Assembly (NCBI GenBank): GCA_022605425.2
Contig: CM061247.1
Location: 1,116,001 to 1,180,000 of the forward strand
Length of the DNA: 64,000 nucleotides
Direction of reading: 5' to 3'
Source of the DNA: Hamiltosporidium tvaerminnensis FI-OER-3-3
Taxonomy: Eukaryota > Fungi > Microsporidia
The position numbers and the translations under genes were made by a program. How positions within the stretch are numbered: position 1 is the first letter of the stretch; the number at the start of each line of letters is the position of its first letter. Positions 12,901 through 24,500 of this stretch are shown here, piece after piece. The notes beneath the pieces were generated by a model, which saw only the letters and a program-made list of their open reading frames with translations, was not told the DNA's origin and did not search any database.

Positions 12901-13684
12901 GAATTGAGTAGAATAGAAATATCACAGCAAGTATGATATAAAATTTCTAAATATCAATAGTAAACAAGAAATGTTTTTTATTTAAATTTAGATGTGTTTT
13001 TTATTTAAATTTAGATGTCTTTTTTATGATCTTTTATTAAAATAAAAAGTTTTATTCTCTTTATAATTTTATACTGGTTTAATTAATTTAATTAATTCAA
13101 AAAAATAATAAACTTTACTTTGATAATTGATTAAAATAGTATAATTTTCGCTTTGAATCTTAAATAAACAGATATAAATTGAAAAAATTAAGAAGTAGAC
13201 TTTTTAGATTAAAAAAGAGTGTTTTAAAATCGGAAAATTTTTAATTTATCTGAAAAAGTTACTAATTAGTTAGGCAAAATGATGAGTTTAAGTTATGGTA
13301 ATGATTCAAATTTGTTTTGAATATATGAAATACTAAAAGAATATTTACAAAATCATAAAAATTATTATCAAAAAAAAGGAATCAAAATACTATCATGTTC
13401 ATACAAAAAATTATGGTATAAAGATTCTGTTTTGGCTCTTATAGGTTGCAACGATTATATATATAGTCTTTCTACAAAAAGCTAAAAACTTATAGTACAA
13501 AAATGTAGCTTCGATCCAAATGAATTGATTTTCAGCTGCTAATTTCATGTATGATCAATGAATACTTATTTTTCATTCTATATTCTCGAAAATAAATACA
13601 TTGAAATAAATTATATCGTTTTTTTAATAAACTATTGCAAAAAGACAATTAATTTTATAATAAAGACTTTAAATGTTTATTTAC

Positions 13685-13970
13685 TTATATTTTCCATTCC
13701 TATTTTATACCTCAGTCTCAAGGAGGAACAAATGGAAGTTCCCTAGGTGTTTCTTTTAATCTATTATAACTCGGGATTATAGGAGATTGGTTTATAGATC
13801 CAGTGTAGGTCATATCTCACTGTAATGTCAATAATGATTTTCACACATTCATTGCCATGATGATGGCTTTTAATGTGGTTATCTTCCTTCCAGATTATAT
13901 ATTATATTTTTAGAAATATACTTTTTGTTCAAAATAGTATTTACATCTTTCATATTTTAAAATATGCACT
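13685..13970 (-). repeat. Dispersed repeat family C, copy 1
   Basis: The reverse complement matches 46820-47120 (ctacact.gatctata, tataatcccgagtta, ttaaaagaaaca, ggaatggaa). Confidence 0.7.
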
Positions 13971-16326
13971 TAATTAGTCAGTTTTATTAGAATTTATAAG
14001 AAAATTCACCTCATTCCCTATGTTTTCATTTATAACGTACGAAGTCTTTCGTTTGGTAAAAGATTTTGGGATGAATTCTATATCTTCTAGACACTGTTTT
14101 GGAGATTACTTCAAAATTGTTTATTTTCCGAAACTTAGCATACAAAAATTTGTCTTTTTTATAAGTTAGTACAAAATACTGGTTTTTAAGATCATATTTT
14201 TATTTGGTTCCTTAGCAAGGACTTTCGCAGTATGGCTTGTTTTTAATTTAAGAAATAATACATATAAGAACATTAAATTGTACCTAAAATAACTATCCTC
14301 AACACCGAGAGATACAAAAGAACTGGAATTAATAAATAAGTAAAGATTACTGATTTTTTAGAATTTTCTGGATTCGGCGAACAAATTACGTTTTTGATAA
14401 TTTACTCAGATTAATTTTATTTTATATATTTGTTTGATTATTTCCTTTGTGAATTTAACTGATTAATATATTTATTTATACTTTTTGAATACTACTCGAT
14501 ATAGTTTCTATTAGATTACATTTTAAATTAAATAAGCCTTAAAATTTGTATCTCCTAATATGAGTAAATTAGAAAAAATAAGTTATAAAACTTTATAAAA
14601 TTCTATTCATTGAAATCAACTTTTTGTTTTGAGAGATAATCATAATGCCATGATTTGGAGCTTTTAGATCAAAAAAATATTAAAATTAAGCTTTTATATA
14701 ATTTAAATTCCCAATCAAATTAATACACAATTCATTTCTGTTTCTTATTACTTTTAATATTTTTAACGAGATAAATGATATTTGATTGAAATTAAATATG
14801 GTTATTTTCATTAATAATACAATGAATTTCCGTGATTGCAAAATATTATCAATAATATTCAATAAAGGTATATTTATAGTCTTCATATTTTGACCAAAAT
14901 CAATTTTTAATTTTTAAATGATTAAATATAATAAAATTAGACAGCAGAAAGGTATTATATATTCAAAAAAAGTGTTTTATTGAGTTAAAATAACAAAAAA
15001 AATGTTATTAACGAAGATAGTCATTCCGATCTGAATTTATGTTTTTACACAAAGCAAAATACCAAAAAGGAAGCTATATAGCCTTCAATAGATCAAAAAT
15101 ATACATTGTAAAATATTCAACTGAAGATAACATTATTTGTGTTATTTGTGATTTATTATATGATATATGTAAACTTGTAATTATCCTAATTTAGAAAAAG
15201 TGCAATTTAATAGAATCACATTAAAATTGACAAAATTTAATTTCTATGAATAACTTGAAAATTTTTGGTAACTAAACTAACATGAAAGAAAATCATCAGA
15301 AATATTTGAGTAAACCCGCTGGGGTGTTATACAATGATTCATTTGTCTAATTAATATTTACCTTCAAATCTTTATAGAAAAATTCAATAAGTTAACTAAA
15401 AAATCCAGAGTAAGAGTATAAAGCGGCGGAAACGTGTTAATTATATTACAAGAGCTTTTCTTCTTATTAACAACGATTTTTTGTATGGCTTTATAGAGCA
15501 TTAGCTGTAAATTTAGAATTATTTCTCGAACCCAGATACTACTAGACTGAACTCATATACAAAAGCCATTTACAGGTTAATTCCATCCATATGAAAAATA
15601 TAGAATGGTGTGCACCTCGCGTAATAAAAAGCCCTCACATATCATACAAGCAGCTATATATTAATTGTAATACTGTTTGTAAGAAAGGCGATATCATGCT
15701 TCTTAAAACGATGCAGACCGGGTAAACTGATTATGAATCGTTCTTTTTAATTTGTACTTAAGTCTAGAAGTGTGATGGTTAAAAAATTGAATTTATTTCC
15801 GATAAAACGGGTTGGATTCTATTGGTACACTCGTTATTCATTTAATAAGAAAATTTAACGTCACAATTGCTCTCTGGATAGTCAAAAGTAAGGGTGAGAA
15901 TTTGGAATCGCAATAATAAAATGCAAGCTTTAATTTACTCTTTAATTGTGCTCTAATCACTAGAAAAGAACAAGCTTAAAAATTGATTCATGGTTTGATT
16001 GGTACAAGTTTATTCCACCGTAAAATAAAAAAATAAACGAATGAATATTTTTCTATTATTAAATTAAAATGTTTGTGAAATCTCAAATATATATTTATAT
16101 ATTTATTCCTTTAATAAAGCCGATTTATTAATATTAAAAACTAACAATTTTAAAATATATTCATAGATTTTGATGGTATTGTTTTTTTTATCTGAATGGT
16201 TTACAGGTTTGTTCTTAAGAATATAAATGATTATTAGAAAACCATTTTTTTAATTTATCAATCGATAAAACAAATTTTGAATATTTAATTATTTTATTTA
16301 AGAAAATTACATTCCCACCTAATCAG

Positions 16327-18677
16327 ATGAATATTTTAAAGAATTCTAGGAAGATGAACAACTTTGAGGATTTAAAGTTGTATTTCATGTTTAATATGTT
16401 GTATTATTTAATTTTATTTCAATTCATTATTGCAAATAACTTTACATATAGTTTCGAACGAAATGGAAATTTAGAGATTTTATTTTTCAGAATAAATAAA
16501 GAAGAAAGCGCTTTTAATACATTGGCACCTAACTTTTGTGATCTATATATAAGTTTTCATGAATCATTCGAGTCTAACCATGAAAAAACACGTGTTTTTA
16601 CGTACAAAAAAACAATTTCATCGGTTTTGAGATTTTGAATGATTTTATAACCTCCTCTAAATCTCTCCATAAGTACGAACGAGGAATAATTCAATGCAAT
16701 TTTGAACTATCATATATTCTTAGATTATCTAAAGATATAGCAGAAATTCCCTGTGTGTTAAATAATTATCAATTTAGTTGCATTCTGGCAGTCCTCAAAC
16801 GGTTAAAAGCCGTAGAAAATAAGAGACTATTTGAATTTATAAAATTTTTAATCATTACTGATTTTTTTTTATATAATAATTGTTTAAATATTCAGGAAAT
16901 ATTTGATTGGGCTTTGTCTCTTGAAATAAATGTTCAAAGTTCTAACATTATTTTATCAATAATTTTCAATTTTTTAATGCTTGCACATGTTTTTTATGAT
17001 GGAAATTTAATTATATTAGAGAATACAAGCGAAATATATGATTTAAAAGTTTTTGATACTCAAGTTTTGTATAAAAGTCTATTAGTTAATAATATAAAAG
17101 TATTCTATAGTTTAGAAAATGCTTTGAAAAATCCACAAATTTTAGAAACCTTTAAATCCATGTTTTTTATGCTTAATATAAGATCCATTATACTATATAA
17201 TAATCAAAGATCGAAAATTTTAGAATCGGATTTTGAATTTCCTATGTTCAAAATTGATGGTATAAAATCTATAACCATCATAGACTTTAGGGAATTTTCT
17301 TCTTCACTATTTTTAAAAAGACTTAGAAAGCATATTAGAAAAGATCTTGAAGTTTTAAAATTTCAAAATACATATATTGATATAAGTACTCTTACCACAA
17401 TTTTAAAAGATCAGCGGTTTAAAAAACTGGTACTGAATAATGGTGGCATACCCGTATTTTTTCATCTATCAAATAATTTTACAGGTTTGAATCAATCATT
17501 AAAATGTATTGATTTTAGAAATGTTACAGTAGATTTGGATTGGTGGAAAAAATTTTTTATGGAGGCAAATGTTGATAAAATAATTATTCATTTTTCAATT
17601 CAATTCGCACAAGACGCTTTTATAATGGCGTTTGGTTTCGTTCCGTTTCCATCATCCAACAATGTTACATACTTTAAAGTTATATTTGATAATCCTCAGA
17701 TACCTACAAGTTTTTTTGGATCACTATCATGTCTCAAGAATTTACGTACTTTGAAAATTTCTAAATATTTAGTGAGTGAAGCCATACATTCTCGTCTATT
17801 TGAGGTGATTGAAAATTTTAAAGTATTGAAATGTCTTGTCTTGCGCAAATATGGTTATTCAAAAAAATATTATATTTCCTTGTTTAAGAATCCTGCAATC
17901 GAAAATCTTCATTTGGAGAGTATTTTCCAAGATAGTGAAATTTTTATAGTAGATTTTCTTAATTATTATAGTTCTTTGACCAAGCTTGTTTTGATAAACA
18001 TTATGATCTGCCAATCTAGCTTTATAGAAATATTCGAACTAAAAAAATTGACAAGTTTAACATATAGATCATGCATTGTGGAACCCAAAATAAATTCTGA
18101 ATCACTTTGTTTAAAATCAAAAAATATCAGTTTATTAACAATTAACAGTAATAATTTAAATGATTTTAAGACCATAGACTTGTTAAGTAATCTCGAAACG
18201 ATAGAAAACTTGAATCTTTCCGTATGTAATTTACCATCTGGTTATTTATCGAAATTGAGTTTGTTATGCAATCTTAGTTTAAAAATACTTTCATATGAAT
18301 TCAACAGCTTAAATTTAAATGATTTGCAAAGAATGGGTAAACTTGAAACCTTAGAAGAATTAAATCTCCGTGGATGTAAATTCATACGGATTAATTTTTG
18401 CAAATTAAATTGCGAGTGTAAATTTTTATATTCTTTAAAGAAATTAGATATTTGGCTTGTTAGAATCAATAATGAAGATCTTAAATTTATATGTAATTTT
18501 AGAAATCTACGGAATTTAACTCTAGCTCTTTCCGGTTTAGATTTATATGCTTTAGAGGACTGTCTGATTCTTTTAAAAATCTATCAATTTTCTACTCATG
18601 TAAATATAGCCGATCGGGGGTTCATAAAACTATTCGGGTGTCTTAATGAAAAGGGTATTAGAGTAATAAGAATATGA
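16327..18677 (+). pseudogene. LRR protein gene (LRR-2) split by a single frameshift; pseudogene or sequencing error
   Basis: ORFs 16327-16638 and 16635-18677 are collinear with the intact paralogue at 24501-26861. Adding one A to the A7 run at 16606-16612 gives YKKNNFIGFEILNDF, matching the paralogue's YKKENFICFGLFDNF. A CCC motif lies upstream. Confidence 0.88.
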
Positions 18678-21600
18678 GCATATGAAAAATTTAAGTCGCT
18701 CATTTTCTATCGAGGTAATTTGTTTTTCGAACAAGTCCATTCATTAAAGGCGCATTTATAATATTCAACCTTTTAAAACCAGCTACAATTTTTAGTTATA
18801 ATCCAACCAATCAAAGCTCTATAAAAACTATATGCTTATTTCCACTGGTATAATACGTTTCTTTGCTAGTTATTGTATTTAAATGCTAAGATAAAAAAAT
18901 TCTCGGTATATTAGAACAATAATTAAAGTTGTAAATGGATTTTATTTACTTAGATAGGCTGGAAATTAGGATTGTATAATTTTTACAATATCTTGATGTA
19001 TTTTTTAAAAAAATTATAGAAGTAAGGCAGTATTTGTAATTTAACCTCAACGGTTTTCTAGAGAAACCAATATAATTTTTGTCAGTGAAATGATTTCAAA
19101 TTATAATTACGCGTTCTAAATCATAAAAATTAGTAAATACCTATATATACGAGAATTATATACCAAGTTTATCTTGTCGAACCCATTTAATATCATTTTT
19201 GATTAAAGCTATATCCTCTTCTTTTATAAATTTAAAATAATTAGATTCATATTGTACTTTAGTTTCAATTTTATAATACTTGCTTTTTTGCTTATGATTA
19301 TTAATGCTTAAGATTAAATAATTTTGAAAATTTTTTGCCGTATTGCGAAAATAGCTACAATGTTTATGTTTTCATTGTTAATAGATTCATTTGCATATTA
19401 AGAGCACAAAATGGTTTAATTTCGACTCTGATATAATTTCTTTATACGTTAATATTAATTAAAATCATAGAAATATTCTGCTTAAGCCCGATATAATGCC
19501 ATAGATTCAAGAAAGTATTATATATATGTTGCGGTAATTTAAATAATTAGGAATTATGAATAATGCCTAAAGCGAATGGCAAATTTGAGAAATTTTTTAT
19601 TTTATTTAAAAACTAGAAAATCAGACATATTAAAAATTAGAGGGATTTCAGCAAAATAATCTTAAAAACAAGCTAAAAAATTGCTTAAAACTCTAATTGG
19701 ATATACGCTACACATAAAAATGTTGCATTCTGTGAGTTTGAATCCTAGATGGCAATAAAGGCTGCACCAATGCAAGAAACATTATGACATTTGTTCTAAA
19801 AATAAAGGTGTCAATCTTTTTAATTTAATCACTAAACATAAAATCTTTAAACAGGTTTACCTGACGAACCAAGCTACAATATGTAATTAAAACTTTTTTT
19901 GCATTGAAAAAATTTCAAAGGTCGAGATTTCGTTAAGAAGATGTGCAAGAAAATCATTCAAAACAGGTACCAAGGTTATAATGATGTTGCTGTTAAGTTG
20001 GATTAATATCTGACAAATACAAGTGCCTTAATGTAAAAGGCATCGTAACTCACAATGCTTCGAAAAATGTAACTGCTCTAATTAATAAGAGCGCTTGGAT
20101 TAGACATATTTTATAAATTTCCATGTTTTTTAGTTATTAGTACTTTGTTCAATAGTTTTTTTTTACTTAAGTAATATTTTCTCTTATTTTTGTAGATTAT
20201 GAAATATTATAAAATTCCTCAAATTGCCGATTTTCTTTGGGCATTTATAATGCCCAAGTATCTAAAGTGCCTGCTTATATACAATATTTTTTTAAAAACC
20301 ATTCTATACATTATGATTCTGAAATAAATCGTTAAACATGCTATATTCTTATATTTTTAAAGTCATCAAAAGGAGATCTCATTCAAATACCTAGTAAAAA
20401 CCCGTTTCTTCCCGCATATTAAGGATCATTTAATTTGTTTTAAATCGTTAGTTCATTATATGCATTTATACGTAAATAGTTCTGAGGCGTTGCACAAAAT
20501 TCAAATGTATTATTTTGGCATATAAATCTAGATTTTAGAATGTTAATCCGAAATAACTTTTAGTTATAATTTCATTCGTTTTTAAGAGCAAATATAACGG
20601 CATCAAAAAAAATTTGGCCGCAATAAAAAAATTAAAATAAAAGCTGTAATTGAAGCCGATGGAATTAATAGACGTTAAGATCGACAAATTGCAAGAAATC
20701 ACTGTCGACCAAGTTCTTAGTTCCTTTCTCCGATAAAAAATTTATACATCAATCAAAACATATAACAAATGCAAATCCAGAGTATTGACACAAAACGTCG
20801 TTTATTACTCCAAGTTCCTTTTTGTCAAAATCTTTGCGGGTCAACTGCGTTCGAATGGCGAACCTCTGTATTTCATTCATTCACAAAATAGATAAGCTAT
20901 AGTCCCTGTACATAAAAAATCATTCCAAAACAGGCAAACTTAAAGAATAAAACCGAATTTTGTTAATTTACCGACGAATTTAGAAAATATTTCGATTTGT
21001 TATCAGGTTTTATCGTAAACTCATATGAAGTTTGTCTTACACGAATCTAGAATCTTTGGAAATCTTGGCCCGTGATAATGGAGAAACAGAAAAGGGTGCC
21101 AAAGGTATAAGAGCGCCTAAAATTTCGCACCTTTTAATCGAAACATAGTTCCTAGCCGAATCTGCAGAGCAATATCTTCTCTAAAATCAAGGAACTCACA
21201 AGGAAAGAAATAGAAAACAATAATTCGAACTCGAAACTATAAAGAATTTTTTCCAATACAAAACACCAGCAAATTTCTTCAAATGGGAGGATAAACCAAT
21301 CTTGTGTACCTGAGTAAATTAAAAGCGCCACGCATATCAAACAAGCAGAGTTGGCATGTTATGACCAAAAAATCACAAATAAAAGCCGAGATTTTTTGAA
21401 ATGACCCAAACACCAAAATTTTTTGTTTTTAAACGATAGACTTATCAAAAATTATGCAAGATTTAAATGTGAATTTAAGCAATATAAATTTTCCTTGGGG
21501 CTTTGTATATGCACAACTGGTCTAGAATTCTATTTTTACCCATCTAACATCTATGAAAGCAGGAAGCAGCTCTGAATTGAATTTTTCTCAAGTTGTTTCG

Positions 21601-21899
21601 AAATCGATTATATTTTGGGCTATTACGAGGGTAGAAACCCCTGGTATTCAGTTACGATAAATAAATATTGTTTTTAGTCCTCATTATTCAACAATAATAA
21701 TGTATAAGTTGAAAATGGTACGTATGTACTATTTTTATAGATATTTTTCTGAGGGTTTCTTACAAATAACTAGTTATAAATATGATAAATTGGCTCATAA
21801 ACAGAAAATCTGCTTATATTTAAGCAATATTGAATTTTATGAGAAAAAAAAACATGCAACAATTTACATATTTATCTATGATATTATATGGCCAGTTAT

Positions 21900-24366
21900 G
21901 TTTAGCGAAAAATATTGAATCAATTGGTGTTATCATAGGCTAATTGAAGGATACGAAATTCTTTCACAAAAATTTGACACCAGACCAATAACCTATATGT
22001 ATAACCTTAAAAACCAATACAAGGTGTTTTATAAAATGCTTCTAGGTTAAATTGGATGTGGGATAGTTGCGGGCCGAAAATCTATAAAATACGCTGAGAA
22101 ATGTGTAAGGAGCAAAAGAGGCCTTAACATTGTTTCTCGTATATAGGATTTTGTAAAAATTCTAAGGCCAACTAATTTGAAGTTAATAAAGCATCAATTA
22201 TGTCGATTATTTGTATTTTGCTAAATGTTTCAAATGCAAAATTTACTCATTTGAATTTTATAATGTTAAAGTAAAAAAAATGCAAATTGTAAAAATTTTG
22301 TAGCAGCTGGCCGGAAAAAAATATAAACGAAAAAATTGTTTTGAAACCTCCGAAAGAAGTCTATACCGCTTTATAATTTTATAATGGTACACTAACGCAA
22401 CAGTTCAATGATTGATGCTTAAAAATTATAGTCTAGTATGAAACTACATATTGGATCATTAAAATCCTTTGTTTTTTTAATAATTTAACCTCCTAGCTAA
22501 AAACGAAACAAATATCGGAAAGTACATTAGGTGGTAAAAATGTTCTTAAAGTTTATAAAAGTGACAATAATGAAGAGATTTAAGCCAGAAATAATACATG
22601 TTGAAATACTGTTACACTTCTTGAACCATTCAGTGTTAAAAAATCCAAGAAAAACTTGCCGAAAAAAAGGTGTTTCAATATTTGTTAAATATGTAACGCC
22701 TAAACTAAACAAAAAAATCAAATGAGTTGTTTCTACAGGGCGAGGTGCAAGAAATATCTAAATATATTTTTTAATACGCAAATTAGGCAACGAACTATCA
22801 TTTTAAACCATTTCAGCATCTGTCTTATCACTTCTCAAAGCGAGATAATACAATTATTTTGTCTTAGTAAAGAACATAATATATTTCTGGCCAAGAATAC
22901 AAAGAAAGTCTATAGCTATTCGTAATTCACTTTGAAAAAATCTGATGGAATTTAATTTAAAGTAACAAATGCTTTACGCTTTAAATTTTTTTTAAAAAAA
23001 ACAATAAATATTAGCTTGAAGAGCCGCACCTCACCTAAACCGGCAACTGCTAATAAACGCATATTACAGACATAATAATCTTATGCTAAACAAAATGCGT
23101 ATAAATATGAGAAGAAAAGATTAAAGGATTAGAAATGCAAACCAGCTAACTTATTTAGCGAAATAGAACATAAAAATTGCATTCACTGATATATATGAAG
23201 GAATAAATTCGTTACGTGGTGTTGGTGACTTTACAAGCTGATTAATGAAGGAATTTTATGCAAAAATGAAACAATGCTCAGCAACTTCGGGATCAAATGT
23301 ATTCTGGGAAGAAGATGATTTACGTCAATATTGGGATTGGTCTAGAGCAGTGGTTCTTAACTTTTTAGGTGACCTGCACCCCTCCCCCAATTCAAAGGTG
23401 CTTTGGTTTTGTCCAAATTTGTTTTTTTTTTAAAAAATATACATATTGTCTATCTTTGTATGGGTTTAAGCCTTTGATAGGGGCTTATGTTGAATCCTTA
23501 AAAATACCTTCCCGCACCCCCGGTTAAGAACCGCTAGTCTAGAGAGATGATAAATCACTTGGCGAAGAGATATGGGTAAATGCTTGGAGATGACTAGATT
23601 AAGCGTATAGCTAAAAGGTTTGAAGCATAAAGGCCGTCGATTGAGAATAGTTTAAATATATTTTTTAAAGAACTTTAGATTCACTCTTTTTAAGAAATTG
23701 TTGAAAACGAATATTCGAAGTTAGAGTGGACACCTGGATTGTTTCTGATATAAAACCTCAAAATAATACACAGGGAAAATATATTTTAGATAAGATAAAA
23801 AGCAAGAAATGCATATTGAAGCAGCATTCCCTTTGCGATATTTATAACCTAGTGACAACTAGAAATAAGAAGAAGTATAATATATTGGACAGAGAGTCGC
23901 TTCTTAGTAATAAATTTTCCAAGGATAAAATTTCTTATTTGATTGCCTAGAATGGTATTATGAAAATAGACTATAAGATCTATTTTAAAAGACTAAAGGT
24001 ATCAATGAACATAAAGACATACTTTTAGTTTAAAGAACATAAAAAGATAGTCAAAACATATTACTTTGAACGACGTAAAGCATTTGAATGTGAACTTAAT
24101 GACGAAGAATACCGAGGAAGGAACTTGTTATGTGATATTGAGGTAGAGGAATAGGTAGCCTATACCTCTTTTGAGGCGATTGGAGAATGAACAAAATGTT
24201 TTAAACAATTTATTATAAAATGTTTAAAAAAATATTTCAGAAGGTGTAATCATAGTAACCGTTTCGAAAATAAACACAATGTAACTTCTGATTTAGAAAA
24301 GGAATAAAAATGGTTAAAAAAAGTATCTAACGGCAGAATTATTATTAATCCAGATTTAAATAAATT
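21900..24366 (+). mobile_element. Old R4/Dong-like LINE relic, copy 3 (RT to RLE), interrupted by a MITE
   Basis: RPITYMYNL (~21983) resembles RT motif RPITCL. The degenerate knuckle region NVFWEEDDLRQYWDWSR/EMINHLAKR matches copy 1 NVFWGVEDVCQHCNTSRESVEHLATR. Further matches are VRVDTWIVSDIK (~23720) and A*NGIMK (like TWNGIV). The shared 3' motif aatccagatttaaa is at ~24347. Confidence 0.75.
23348..23536. mobile_element. hAT (Charlie/Buster-type) MITE, 189 bp
   Basis: TIRs CAGTGGTTCTTAAC and GTTAAGAACCGCTA (2 mismatches). There is a perfect 8-bp TSD GTCTAGAG at 23340-23347 and 23537-23544. Removing the element restores the LINE reading frame. Confidence 0.93.
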
Positions 24367-24500
24367 AGAATATTTTCATTTTCTACTAGTTAATTTTGGT
24401 TATTGGTTAGTACAGCATGTCCTAGAAAATGAATTTTTAGAAATTTAATTTTTTTAAAAATATATTAAATGTCACATACCCCTTCGAAAATATAAGCAAT

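Noticed and set aside
15300-16030. GC-richer intergenic stretch upstream of LRR-2
   Set aside because: Likely decayed mobile DNA, but no diagnostic motif could be read.
20700-21350. Possible gypsy RT relic on the minus strand (DMRGAFNLLR)
   Set aside because: Only a single motif is present, and the expected downstream RT motifs could not be traced.
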